Shown: piece after piece, positions 40,845-50,979 of the stretch
Position numbering within the stretch: the stretch's first letter is position 1
Layout: the number at the start of each line of letters is the position of its first letter
Translations under genes and position numbers: made by a program
From: Dehalococcoidia bacterium
Lineage (GTDB): Bacteria; Chloroflexota; Dehalococcoidia; Bin125
Reading direction: 5' to 3'
Assembly (NCBI GenBank): GCA_963663895.2
Contig: CAXXRD010000001.1
Span: forward strand, 128,001-192,000
DNA length: 64,000 nucleotides
Notes under the pieces: generated by a model
Told to the model about the DNA's origin: nothing
Seen by the model: only the letters and a program-made list of their open reading frames with translations
Databases searched by the model: none

Positions 40845-41408
40845 ATGCAGTGCCCCTACTGCCAGTCGAGTGAGACACGTGTCATCGACTCGCGTCCCGC
40901 CAACGCCGAGATTCGCCGACGGCGTTCCTGCGAAGATTGCGCGCGCCGCTTCACCACCTACGAAAAGCTCGCCGAAGTTGAGCCGATGGTAGTAAAGCGT
41001 GATGGTCGGCGCGAGCCGTTTCAACGCAAAAAGTTGCGGCTGGGCCTCGGCCGCGCTTGTGTCAAACGCGCGGTGCCGCAGATCTCACTCGATGAGATCG
41101 TGGCGGCGATCGAACGGCGCGTGCGACAGAGCGAGATCGCGGAAGTTGAGAGCCGGCAGCTGGGCGACTGGGCCGTCGAGCACCTGATCTCCATCGATCC
41201 CGTTGCTGGGTTCCGCTTCGCCGCCGTCTTCCGCCGACCCACCGATCTCGATGAAATCCGACGTGAGCTCGCCGCAGCCGAGCAGGCCGCCCGCGCCCGC
41301 GCCGCCGTATCAGAAGAGTGGGACCAGCCACCGCTACCCGGTCTCGCAACGCCCGCCACCAGGCTTTCGGCCCAGGGGAGTCGCAAGCGTGACCAGGCTA
41401 CCCCGTAA
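40845..41408 (+). CDS. nrdR: Transcriptional repressor NrdR
   Basis: MQCPYC, VIDSR, RRRRSCEDC, RFTTYE, ATP cone VVKRDGRRE. Confidence 0.93.
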   Translation: MQCPYCQSSETRVIDSRPANAEIRRRRSCEDCARRFTTYEKLAEVEPMVVKRDGRREPFQRKKLRLGLGRACVKRAVPQISLDEIVAAIERRVRQSEIAEVESRQLGDWAVEHLISIDPVAGFRFAAVFRRPTDLDEIRRELAAAEQAARARAAVSEEWDQPPLPGLATPATRLSAQGSRKRDQATP

Positions 41409-41924
41409 CTGCCCTCGCCCCAGGTCATTCACCGAGAACGGGTTCGTGGTAGGGGTCAGCACGACCTCCACCGCGATGTTCGGAGCGCTTCGTCAAGAAG
41501 CCAGAAGGGCTTGCTTCGGCCGCCGCTGAGAACCTGAACGTCGACGGGGATGCCCACGGCGGTGACCCGTCGCATTTGCCGTCCAGAGCCAGGGCTTCGT
41601 GGCACATCGCGAGCACCTGCTGAATCTGCCCGCGCTGACGCTGACTGCTGCTCATCAAGAGCACACCGCATCTTTTCAACACAGCTTTCCAACACAACCG
41701 CTTGGGAACGGTGCGACGCGCAACCACGCATGGAGGCCGCGCAGACAACGCAAATGCAAACACGCGTGGAGCGTCGATCCACTGAGCGGGCGCGTGCCGG
41801 TCGGTCACGATCGTCCGCGACGTTCGTCGTGCATCACTTGTTTGGTTCAAAGAATCACGGTGTAATTAACGCATTCCAGAGGCAGTCGCGATCGGCGCGG
41901 CTGCCTCAGCAGGGAGGAAAGCCT

Positions 41925-42162
41925 ATGCCAGCTCGCCAAGAGCGCGGCCAAGAAGGCTGCCCCCAAGAGCGCGGCCAAGAAGACCGCCCGCAAGGCGCCC
42001 GCAAAGAAAGCAGCCAAGCGGCAGCCCACGACGAAGAAAGCAAGCAGCACTCCAGCTTCGTCGTCAATGCCGCCCCCCCGCCCACCAGCGCCGCTCGCTC
42101 CGCGACCGCCTGGTATGCCGCCAGCTTCCCCGCTGGGGTCGACATCGACCTCAGCGCCTTGA
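41925..42162 (+). CDS. Small Lys/Ala-rich histone H1-like protein (frameshift near 41936)
   Basis: GGGAGG SD then ATG; removing one C gives 78 aa MPARKSAAKKAAPKSAAKKTARKAPAKKAAK... with a Pro/Ser tail. Confidence 0.7.
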
Positions 42163-42278
42163 AGCACCTCCGAACGCGGCAACCCGGCCAGCGACATTCG
42201 CAGCCGCTCCACGGAGCGGGCTGCTCTCTACTTCTTACCACCGACCCGATCAAGCCCATGGCTTATCCTGCTGAAATT

Positions 42279-43012
42279 ATGACCGCGGTCACGCCGAGGG
42301 ACGATTCGATAAGCGAGGCAGCGCCCAGCCGCTCTATCGCGCAGGAGACCGCGACCACCTGGCGCCATGTCGGTCCGAACCTCCGGCAGATACGTGAGGC
42401 GATCGCGCGCGCGGCCGAACGGGCCGACCGGGACCCGGTTGGCGTGCGCCTCGTCGCCGTGAGTAAAGGGGCCCCCTCACGGCCGTGCATGCGGCGATCG
42501 CGGCCGGTCAGCGAATCTTCGGTGAGAACCGCGTCCAAGAAGCGCGAGCCAAGATCGATACTCTCCAAGATCCCAGAGTCGAATGGCACCTAATCGGCCA
42601 CCTGCAGCGCAACAAAGCCAAAGCCGCAACCGCCTTTGATATGATCGAAAGTGTGGATTCGGTTCGCGTCGCGGCCGCGTTAGATCATCAACTCGATAGC
42701 CCTCGGGCGGTCCTCTTAGAGATCAACGTCGCCGGTGAAACGAGTAAGACGGGCTTTGCCCCTCATGAATTGTCCGCCGCGCTAGAGGCGATCCGGGGCA
42801 TGCCTCAACTTTGTGTGGAAGGCCTAATGACGATCGCTCCCCTTACCCCAGAGCCCGAGGAGATCCGGCCCGTCTTCCGTAAGCTGCGCGCCCTCCGCGA
42901 TGCGCACGGCCTCACTGAACTCTCGATGGGGATGACGAACGATTACGCCGTCGCCATTGAGGAGGGCGCCACTCTCGTCCGCATCGGCCGCGCTATCTTC
43001 CATGAGCGCTAG
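42279..43012 (+). CDS. yggS: PLP homeostasis protein YggS (frameshift near 42474)
   Basis: [39 protein letters not shown]. Confidence 0.93.
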
Positions 43013-43840
43013 ACAAGGCGGAGCGGCGGCCGACAAGGCCTACTGCATAATCGGCGGCGGCGTCATGGGCGAAGCGATCGGGCGCTCGCTCATCTCGACC
43101 GGTACAGCGTCCGCCTCCGCCATCATCATCTGCGACATCGACGCCAAGCGGCGCTCTTATCTGGAAAGCGATCTCGGCGTCACCGTCACCGGCGAGCACG
43201 CCGAAGCATGCCAGACCGCTCCCGTGGTGGTGCTGGCAGTCAAGCCGCAGGACTTCCGCACGATCAGCAACTCGCTGCAGGGACGAATTCTGCCAGAGCA
43301 ACTAGTGCTCTCAATCATGGCCGGCGTCAATGTCGGCACACTCCGAAACCAGCTGGGGCACCGCGCCTTGGTCCGTGTCATGCCCAACACCCCCGCCCAG
43401 ATCGGGAAAGGGATGGCCGTCTGGACCGCAACTCCTGAGGTCAACGACGAACAGCGCGCCACCGTCCGTCGTATCCTCCAGACCCTGGGCATTGAGCTTT
43501 ACGTACCAGACGAGCGCTACATCGACATGGCGACGGCCGTGAGCGGCTCGGGGCCCGGCTTCTTCTTCCTCATCCTTGAGGCCATGATCGACGGCGCCGT
43601 CCAGATCGGCATGCGACGCGAACTCGCGGCCGAGATGGTCTATCAAACGGCCCTGGGCTCCGCCGCCTTCGCCCAGCAGTCGAAGCTGCACACGGCTGTC
43701 TTGCGCGACCAGGTCACTTCCCCCGGCGGAACCACGGCCGAGGGATCCGGGCCATGGAGCAGCAAGGCGTGCGGGCAGGGATCATCGAAGCGATCGTGGC
43801 AGCCTATGAGCGAACCTTGGAACTTGGACAAGAAGCGTGA
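43002..43840 (+). CDS. proC: Pyrroline-5-carboxylate reductase (frameshift near 43743)
   Basis: IGGGVMG, LAVKPQ, RVMPNTP, SGSGP, VTSPGGTT; adding one G restores the C-terminus to TGA at 43840. Confidence 0.94.
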
Positions 43841-44100
43841 GCGGCCTCGATATCACCCTGCGCATCATCGAGATCTACAGCCTCATCATTTTCGCGCGGA
43901 TCATCGTCTCCTGGATCCCGCTCTTCACACAGCGGCCATTGGACACGTCCAACCCCCTCATCCGCTTTCTGTTCGACGTGACGGAGCCGTTGCTCGCCCC
44001 TATCCGGCGTTTCGCATTGGTCGGCCAGATCGACCTCTCGCCGCTGGTGGCGATCTTCGCCCTCATCATCATTCGCGAGATCCTCAGCCAGGCCATCTAA
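43837..44100 (+). CDS. yggT: YggT family membrane protein
   Basis: SWIP, VTEPLLAPIRR, IDLSPLVA. Confidence 0.92.
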   Translation: MSGLDITLRIIEIYSLIIFARIIVSWIPLFTQRPLDTSNPLIRFLFDVTEPLLAPIRRFALVGQIDLSPLVAIFALIIIREILSQAI

Positions 44101-44314
44101 GCTCGCCCAAAGCTGGGGGAAGCGCCGCACCTGTCCTTTCCCTAGCCCTGGCGCGCCCGAGACACAGACGTCGAAAGAGAGCGACCCCCCGCTCTGGACA
44201 GCCCCTGCCGAGCGCGGCACGAAAGATACTAGTTACGTCAAGTAGATCCGGCCTCTACCGCAGCGGCGTGCTCGGGGCTTGCACCCAGTGGAGCAATGTG
44301 ACATCGTTCAATAT

Positions 44315-44328
44315 CGAACGGGTGTTCT
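44315..44328. promoter_or_regulatory. LexA/SOS box (Cheo type) upstream of recA
   Basis: CGAAC-GGGT-GTTCT matches GAAC-N4-GTTC, 45 nt before the recA ATG. Confidence 0.85.
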
Positions 44329-44372
44329 AACTCAACCATAAGTACGGGTGCAGGGCTGGAGGGGATATTACG

Positions 44373-45509
44373 ATGCGTGACAAGACCGATATGGCACTCT
44401 CGACCGTGCTAGAAGATCTCGAGAAACAGTACGGACAGGGCATCGTGATGCGACTGGGCGAAGCCAGTCGCAGGCTCCATGTCCAAGTCATCCCTACGGG
44501 ATCCCTAGCGCTAGACATCGCCCTCGGGGTCGGCGGCATCCCTCGCGGCCGCATCACCGAGATCTTCGGTCCAGAAAGCACCGGCAAGTCAACGCTCGCG
44601 CAGCACATCATCGCCCAGGCGCAGCAGCGTGGCGGGCAAGCCGCCTATATCGACGTGGAACATGCGCTGGATCCGGCATTCGCAGCGGCTATCGGCATCA
44701 ACATCAACGATCTCCTGATCTCCCAGCCAGACACCGGCGAGCAGGCGCTCGAAATCACGCAACACTTGGTCCGCAGCAATGCTATCGATGTTCTGGTCGT
44801 GGATAGCGTCGCGGCCCTGGTGCCGAAAGCGGAGATCGAGGGCGAGATGGGCGATAGCCACATGGCGCTGCAGGCGCGGCTGATGTCACAAGCGATGCGC
44901 AAGCTCACCAGCTCGATCTCAAAATCGCGCACCGCCCTGATCTTCATCAACCAGCTGCGCGAGAAGGTGGGAATCGTCTTCGGCAACCCCGAAGTAACAC
45001 CTGGCGGCCGCGCTCTCAAGTTCTACTCTTCCGTCCGAATCGACTTGCGGCGCACGGAACAGCTCAAGGTCGGGCAGGAGATAGTGGGCGGCCGCGTCCG
45101 GGCCAAAGTCGTAAAGAACAAGGTGGCCGCGCCCTTCCGCACCGCGGAGTTCGATATTATGTTCACTGGTGCGACCCGCGGAATCAGCCTGGAGGGGGAC
45201 ATCCTGCACCTCGGAGTCGAGCACGGTGTCGTGAGGAAGACCGGCGCCTTCTTCACTCACGGTGAGACTCGCCTCGGCCAGGGACGGGAGAATGCGAAGC
45301 GCTTCCTCACAGAGCACAAGGAACTGGCGCGGAAGATCGAGAGCCAGATCCGAGAGGCGGCCGGCCTCGCCCCCGCGGCCTCATCAGAAAGCAGCGACGA
45401 AGCAGCGACGGAGGGCTCGGCGGACGTTCCGACCCAGGCGCAGCCGTCCGCGGTCAAGGCGGGCGGCAAGGTGTCCAGTGTGCATGAAACAGCGAACGGC
45501 CGCGCGTGA
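44373..45509 (+). CDS. recA: Recombinase A
   Basis: [39 protein letters not shown]. Confidence 0.99.
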   Translation: MRDKTDMALSTVLEDLEKQYGQGIVMRLGEASRRLHVQVIPTGSLALDIALGVGGIPRGRITEIFGPESTGKSTLAQHIIAQAQQRGGQAAYIDVEHALDPAFAAAIGININDLLISQPDTGEQALEITQHLVRSNAIDVLVVDSVAALVPKAEIEGEMGDSHMALQARLMSQAMRKLTSSISKSRTALIFINQLREKVGIVFGNPEVTPGGRALKFYSSVRIDLRRTEQLKVGQEIVGGRVRAKVVKNKVAAPFRTAEFDIMFTGATRGISLEGDILHLGVEHGVVRKTGAFFTHGETRLGQGRENAKRFLTEHKELARKIESQIREAAGLAPAASSESSDEAATEGSADVPTQAQPSAVKAGGKVSSVHETANGRA

Positions 45510-46207
45510 GTGCAGTAGCACCGATGACCGCCGGTGAACCGTCAGCGGTCGACCTCGGCGCGCAAGCGGTTTGGGCACGCGTCACGGAGATCCGACCGCG
45601 GCGCGGCCGCGTGACGATCTCTTTCGACAGCGCCTTGCCGCTCGAATGCGACCGCAGCTTCGAACTCGCCTCCCATCTCGCGGTCGGCGACAGCGTTAGT
45701 CCGCAGACCCTGGACCGGCTGCGCCGGCGGGCGGCGGCACACACCGCGGAAGCGATCGCAGAGAAGCTGCTGGCACGACGGCCTCGCAGCGAGTCGGAAC
45801 TCCTCACACGCCTCAAGCAGCGGGGGGTTCAGCCGGTCGTCGCCAAAGAGGTCGTAGCCTCACTACGAGAGCGAGGTCTCATCGACGATGCAGCCTTCGC
45901 CCGGTACTGGGCTGAAGAACGGGCTCGTGCCCGCCCGCGTGCCGCACGGATGATCCGGGCTGAGTTGGGTGCCAAGGGCGTCGCGCCAGCCATCGCGGCC
46001 GCGGCCACTGCGCAGATCTCCGATGACGAGCTAGCCACGCAGCTGGCTCACAAGGCGGCACAGCGCTTCCAGGGAGATTGGCCGGCCTACGAGCGCCGTG
46101 GCGGCGCCATGCTGATTCGCCGCGGTTTCTCGTACGAAGTCGCGCGGCGCGCGCTGAGATCCGCCTGGGAATCACGAGAGAACACAGACGGCAGCGACGC
46201 GCGCTAG
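45506..46207 (+). CDS. recX: Regulatory protein RecX
   Basis: [29 protein letters not shown]; downstream of recA. Confidence 0.9.
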   Translation: MSAVAPMTAGEPSAVDLGAQAVWARVTEIRPRRGRVTISFDSALPLECDRSFELASHLAVGDSVSPQTLDRLRRRAAAHTAEAIAEKLLARRPRSESELLTRLKQRGVQPVVAKEVVASLRERGLIDDAAFARYWAEERARARPRAARMIRAELGAKGVAPAIAAAATAQISDDELATQLAHKAAQRFQGDWPAYERRGGAMLIRRGFSYEVARRALRSAWESRENTDGSDAR

Positions 46208-46251
46208 CGGTTCACCCCCCTCGCCGACTTGTCTCGCCCAGCGCTTTTTTC

Positions 46252-46280
46252 TTGCCGCTTGTGAGAGGGCCGCATATTAT
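46252..46280 (+). promoter_or_regulatory. Sigma70-type promoter for rny
   Basis: TTGCCG-17nt-TATTAT. Confidence 0.65.
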
Positions 46281-46351
46281 CGTCGAGCGACCCGACGGCA
46301 GGTCGCACCGTATCGTAAGTGTGACACGCGAGTGTAAGGACGTACCAAAGC

Positions 46352-47836
46352 ATGTGGGGAGCCCTCAAGCGGCTCCTGGGGATTGCGAGTGGACCCGACC
46401 CGCGCGAACAGGCGCGCCGCACTGCGGATGCCATCGTCGAGCGGGGTGAGCAAGAGGCAAAGTCGCGAATTCTGGAAGCGCAGGAGCAGGTGCTCAAGCT
46501 GCGCCAAGATTCGCAAGCTGAGGCGCGCGAGCTGCGCGCACAAGTCGAGAGGCAAGAAAACCGGCTGGCGAAGCGTAGCGAGACGCTGGACCGGAAAGAA
46601 ACGGATCTCGACCGGCGTGAGCAGCGACAGCGGGACCGCGAGCACTCGCTCCAGGAGCGAGAAGATGAACTCGAAGAGCTGTTCGAGCAGGAACGGCAGC
46701 GGCTCGAGCAGCTAGGCCAGCTATCGACGGCCGAAGCACGCGACCTCCTCCTCGACCGTGTCGAAGAGGAAGTGCGCGACGACGCCGTTCGTCGAATGCA
46801 CCAAACCGAAGAGAAGATCAAGGAAGAGGCCGATCAGCGCGTCCGCCACATCCTGGCCGGAACGATGCAGCGCGTCACCTCCGAGGTGACGACTGAGAGC
46901 ACCGTCTCCGTCGTTCCCATTCCCAGTGACGAGATGAAGGGGCGGATCATCGGCCGTGAAGGACGCAATATCCGCGCGCTCGAAGCTGCGACCGGCTGCG
47001 ACCTGATCATTGATGACACCCCGGACGCGGTGACGCTGTCCGCCTTCGACCCCGTCCGTCGCGAGATCGGTCGGATCGCGCTATCGCGCCTCGTCCAAGA
47101 CGGCCGTATCCACCCAACCCGCGTGGAAGAAGCCGTCGAGAAGGCGGAAAGGGAAGTGAATGCCGTGATCAAAGAGGCGGGGGAAGCCGCCTCTTTGGAA
47201 GCGAACTGTCCGGGTTTGCCGCGTGAAGTTCTCGACATCTTCGGCCGCCTACGCTATCGCACTTCCTACGGTCAGAATCAGCTGCGACACGCCGTGGAGA
47301 CGGCGCACATCGCCGCCATGATCGCGCACGAGGTGGGCGCCGATGTCGAAGTTGCCCGACACGGCGCCCTTCTGCACGACCTCGGGAAAGCCGTCGACCA
47401 CGATGTCGAGGGCACGCACGCGATAATCGGCGCCGATATTGCCCGGCGCTTCAAGCTGCCCGATCCCGTTGCGCACTGCATTGAAGCCCACCACGAAGAG
47501 GTCGAACCCAGCTCCGTGGAGGCGATCATCGTCCAACTCTCAGACGCGATCTCAGGCGGCCGCCCAGGCGCCCGGCGCGATTCATTCGAGCACTACGTCA
47601 AACGCCTGGAGGCGCTCGAATCGATCGCGAGTTCGTTCGACGGCGTGGAGCGATGCTTCGCCATTCAGGCCGGCCGCGAGGTGCGTGTCGCCGTGAAGCC
47701 GGATCAGGTGGACGATCTCGAAGCGATGCAGTTGGCGCGAGACATCAGCAAGAAAATCGAGGAGAGCCTCCAGTACCCAGGCCAGATTCGGGTGACCGTG
47801 CTGCGGGAGACACGCGCCTCCGAGTACGCGCGCTAG
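46352..47836 (+). CDS. rny: Ribonuclease Y
   Basis: Coiled coil, KH domain (KGRIIGREGRNIR), HD domain (LLHDLGKA), YPGQIRVTV. Confidence 0.97.
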   Translation: MWGALKRLLGIASGPDPREQARRTADAIVERGEQEAKSRILEAQEQVLKLRQDSQAEARELRAQVERQENRLAKRSETLDRKETDLDRREQRQRDREHSLQEREDELEELFEQERQRLEQLGQLSTAEARDLLLDRVEEEVRDDAVRRMHQTEEKIKEEADQRVRHILAGTMQRVTSEVTTESTVSVVPIPSDEMKGRIIGREGRNIRALEAATGCDLIIDDTPDAVTLSAFDPVRREIGRIALSRLVQDGRIHPTRVEEAVEKAEREVNAVIKEAGEAASLEANCPGLPREVLDIFGRLRYRTSYGQNQLRHAVETAHIAAMIAHEVGADVEVARHGALLHDLGKAVDHDVEGTHAIIGADIARRFKLPDPVAHCIEAHHEEVEPSSVEAIIVQLSDAISGGRPGARRDSFEHYVKRLEALESIASSFDGVERCFAIQAGREVRVAVKPDQVDDLEAMQLARDISKKIEESLQYPGQIRVTVLRETRASEYAR

Positions 47837-47842
47837 CGCCGC

Positions 47843-48637
47843 ATGCGAGCTCTGCTCGTCGGCGACGTCGTCGGCAAGGCCGGGCGCCGGGTCGTCGGGG
47901 CACTGCTGCCCGCGATGCGCGAAGAGCTCTCGGTCGATTTCGTCGTCGCCAACGGCGAAAACCTGGCGCACGGGCGCGGCACGACGGAGGCGACGGTCAA
48001 AGAACTCGTCAGCGCCGGAGTGGATGTCGTCAGTGGGGGCAACCACACCTGGGCCTATCCCGAGTTCGTGCCCCTGCTCGACTCAGACTTGCCCGTTCTT
48101 CGCCCGGCCAACTACCCCCCGGGCGCTCCCGGGACGGGCGTTTGGCAGGGCGAGCGGCTGGCGGTCATCAACCTCATCGGCCGTACCTTCATGGAAGCAC
48201 TGGACAACCCCTTCCGCACCGTTGACACCCTCCTCGACGAGCTACCCGACGGCCTACCGGTGCTGGTGGATTTCCACGCAGAGGCCACCTCCGAGAAGCA
48301 GGCGCTCGGCTGGCACCTCGACGGCCGGGTCACTGCCGTCGTGGGCACGCACACGCACGTTCCGACGGCGGACGCCCGGCTCCTGCCTCAGGGCACCGCT
48401 TACGTGACCGATCTAGGGATGTGCGGCGCACGCGACTCCGTGATCGGCGCGGAAGCGGACGCCGTACTCACACGCTTCCGCACCGGCCTCCCCACCCGCT
48501 TGCCTCCCGCCGAGAAGGGAACCGCTGTATTGGGAGCAGTCCTCATCGACCTCGATGAAAACGACGGACGTGCCCGGTCGATCGAGCGTGTGGATCGCAT
48601 ATGGGATCCGCCGCCAACAGAAACCACAGGAGCTTGA
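47843..48637 (+). CDS. YmdB/TIGR00282 metallophosphoesterase
   Basis: GDVVG, NGEN, GNH, DFHAEATSEK, GTHTHV. Confidence 0.95.
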   Translation: MRALLVGDVVGKAGRRVVGALLPAMREELSVDFVVANGENLAHGRGTTEATVKELVSAGVDVVSGGNHTWAYPEFVPLLDSDLPVLRPANYPPGAPGTGVWQGERLAVINLIGRTFMEALDNPFRTVDTLLDELPDGLPVLVDFHAEATSEKQALGWHLDGRVTAVVGTHTHVPTADARLLPQGTAYVTDLGMCGARDSVIGAEADAVLTRFRTGLPTRLPPAEKGTAVLGAVLIDLDENDGRARSIERVDRIWDPPPTETTGA

Positions 48638-49512
48638 TGGCACTGGGCGACTTCCACACTCATACGCACCACTCCGACGGTCTCCTCGCACCGGCTGAGT
48701 TGGTCAGGCGGGCGGCCGCCAACAGTGTCGAGGTCCTCGCCGTAACCGACCACGACACCACGGCAGGCCTGGCAGAGGCAGAGGCCGCAGCACGATCAGC
48801 CAACGTCCGTCTCATCGCCGGCGTCGAACTCTCAGCGGACGGCGACGACGGCGCGGACTACCATCTCCTGGGCTACTTCCCCTCGGTCCCTGCCGTCCTT
48901 TCCGACGGGACATTTCAAGATCAGCTCCACGCCTATCGCGTCGGCCGGCAGCAGCGGGGGCGTATCCTCCTGGAGAAGCTGGCCGCGCTGGGAATGCCGC
49001 TCGACTGGGAGCGCCTCCTTGCGATCGCCGGTCCAGCCGCCGTGGGACGCCCCCATATCGCCCAGGCGATGGTCGAACAGGGATACGTGGCATCGGTCAG
49101 AGAGGCGTTCGACCGCTATCTCCACGACGAGGGCCCCGTTGACGCAGAGCGCGAGAAGCTGCCGCCACAGAGTGCCGTTGAGCTGATCCGTGCCGCAGGC
49201 GGCGTCGCCGTGTTAGCCCATCCTTGCTTCCTGCCCAACCCGGCGGCGGCCGTAACAGCGCTCAAGCCTGCAGGACTCGCCGGCCTGGAGGTGTACTACA
49301 AAAACCTGTCCCCGGAAGAGATCGGTACGTTCGCCGCGCTTGCCGAGAGCACCGACCTGATCGCCAGCGGCGGCTCCGACTATCACGGGATCCACGACGA
49401 CGAGTGCGACCCCGGCGACATCCCCTTTGCAGACGCTGAGGTCTATCAGTTCGTCGATGGCCTGGAAGCTCGGTGGCAAGCGACAGCCCAGCTAGAGCGA
49501 GAGGCACAGTGA
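48637..49512 (+). CDS. PHP domain phosphoesterase (TrpH/YciV-like)
   Basis: [33 protein letters not shown]. Confidence 0.93.
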   Translation: MALGDFHTHTHHSDGLLAPAELVRRAAANSVEVLAVTDHDTTAGLAEAEAAARSANVRLIAGVELSADGDDGADYHLLGYFPSVPAVLSDGTFQDQLHAYRVGRQQRGRILLEKLAALGMPLDWERLLAIAGPAAVGRPHIAQAMVEQGYVASVREAFDRYLHDEGPVDAEREKLPPQSAVELIRAAGGVAVLAHPCFLPNPAAAVTALKPAGLAGLEVYYKNLSPEEIGTFAALAESTDLIASGGSDYHGIHDDECDPGDIPFADAEVYQFVDGLEARWQATAQLEREAQ

Positions 49513-49973
49513 CTTTAAACAGCAGCAGCAGCCTCGATAATCAAGCCATTGAGGCGATCATCCCTCACCGCTTCCCCTTCCTCTTCGTTGATCGCGTGAT
49601 CGAGATCGAGGAAGGGAAGCGAGCCGTTGGCATCAAGAACGTGAGCGCCGACGAGTGGTTCTTCCGCGGCCACTTCCCCGGCCGGCCCATTATGCCCGGC
49701 GTCCTGATCGTCGAAGCGCTCGCCCAAGTCGGTGCAGTGGCAGCGCTCAGCCACCCCGACAACAAGGGGAAACTGGGGCTCTTCGCGGGAATCGACAAGG
49801 TTCGCTTCCGCCGCCAGGTCACACCCGGAGATCAACTCCGACTCGAGGTCACGCTCGAGCGGCTGCGCGGCCCGGTCGGACGCGCCACGGCAGTGGCGAC
49901 CGTGGACGGCGCCGTCGCCGCAGAAGGCAAGCTCACTTTCGCTCTTATCGATGAAGCGAACCCAGCGAGCTAA
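49509..49973 (+). CDS. fabZ: 3-hydroxyacyl-ACP dehydratase
   Basis: [30 protein letters not shown]. Confidence 0.97.
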   Translation: MTLNSSSSLDNQAIEAIIPHRFPFLFVDRVIEIEEGKRAVGIKNVSADEWFFRGHFPGRPIMPGVLIVEALAQVGAVAALSHPDNKGKLGLFAGIDKVRFRRQVTPGDQLRLEVTLERLRGPVGRATAVATVDGAVAAEGKLTFALIDEANPAS

Positions 49974-49978
49974 CAGCC

Positions 49979-50371
49979 TCAGACCCGCAGCACGACCCAG
50001 AGCACGAGCACCAGCCCCATGCTGACCACGCTGGTCCCGCCGATCCAAACCAGGTCCCGCCGCACGTAGCTGAAGTCGAGCGGCGCCAGCCGGCGGCGCG
50101 GAAGCCGCTCCTCGGCAGCGCGCGGACCGCCCCGGCGTCTCTCACGCTGCCGAGGCCGGCCAACGGCGCGCGGCGGAACCGTTGCGGCACCGCCAAAGAT
50201 CGAACTGCCGGCCGGTATCTGCGCCGCGCTCGGAGCAGCAGTGGGGAGCTCTGCAGCCTGCGGGGGACCGCCGTCTCGTGCCCGCTTCTTCCCTCGCCGT
50301 CCTGGCAGCGTACCGCCGCCGCGCTGTCCCCCGCGCGTTCCCTGAGGACGGCCACGCTTCCCCTTCGCCAC
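49979..50371 (-). CDS. Hypothetical basic protein with C-terminal TM helix
   Basis: GGAGG SD plus GTG; Arg/Gly-rich body, DFSYVRRDL, terminal hydrophobic helix. Confidence 0.7.
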   Translation of the reverse strand: MAKGKRGRPQGTRGGQRGGGTLPGRRGKKRARDGGPPQAAELPTAAPSAAQIPAGSSIFGGAATVPPRAVGRPRQRERRRGGPRAAEERLPRRRLAPLDFSYVRRDLVWIGGTSVVSMGLVLVLWVVLRV

Positions 50372-50492
50372 GTCCCACCTCCGCTGGAACCGACTCGATC
50401 GCTCGCGATACCCATATCAGTATACGGAGACCATTCTCTAACGCATGGTCCACGTTGCCGCTGATCAGGCTGCTCCGTAGACTGATGCGGCT

Positions 50493-50569
50493 GGCCCCGT
50501 GGTGTAGCGGCCTAACACGCCACCCTGTCAAGGTGGAGATCGGCGGTTCGAATCCGCTCGGGGTCGCCA
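50493..50569 (+). tRNA. tRNA-Asp(GTC)
   Basis: Cloverleaf GGCCCCG...CGGGGTC-G-CCA, anticodon GTC at 50527-50529, GGTTCGAATCC T-arm. Confidence 0.97.
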
Positions 50570-50764
50570 GCCCCAACTTGCATCCCGAGTGCGGCGAAGC
50601 GACCGCCTCGCCCGGCTTCGCTTCCGGGGATCCGGCCGCGCGAGCGTCCCGGCGCTCTCCCCGCCCTTTCTTGACAGCCCGCTCGACAGCCGTGGACACT
50701 GCCGCCCGCCTCCCTGTAGCCATGCGGAGGGCGCAGGCTTATCCAGCGGAGGCTGGAGGAGCGC

Positions 50765-50977
50765 ATGGATTCAAGAGCAATCGTGCAAGCCAAGCTGGCC
50801 GAATGGAACATTACCCCGACCGAGGAGGACTTGGCACAGCTCGTTCCGGCATATGAAAACCTGCTTGTGTGGCAGCAGGTGGTCGAAGAGATGCTCGAGA
50901 GCCGACCCATGTCGGATGGCATGGAGATGCCCACGACCGAGCCCGCCGCGATCCACGACCTCACGAGGTACCGCTAG
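50765..50977 (+). CDS. Small amidase-associated protein (GatC/AtzG-like size and position)
   Basis: 70 aa, GGAGGAG SD, ends EPAAIH, 2 nt before the amidase. Confidence 0.7.
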   Translation: MDSRAIVQAKLAEWNITPTEEDLAQLVPAYENLLVWQQVVEEMLESRPMSDGMEMPTTEPAAIHDLTRYR

Positions 50978-50979
50978 AC

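Noticed and set aside
41672-41697. DnaA boxes / replication origin
   Set aside because: Only two mismatched matches to TTWTNCACA and no dnaA context
41935-41985. Short direct repeats as a CRISPR array
   Set aside because: Two copies only, explained by KSAAKK coding repeats; no cas genes
36268-43840. Pseudogenisation or programmed frameshifting of ddl/ftsQAZ/yggS/proC
   Set aside because: Mixed +1 and -1 homopolymer changes, intact motifs and no canonical slippery sites; sequencing error is more parsimonious
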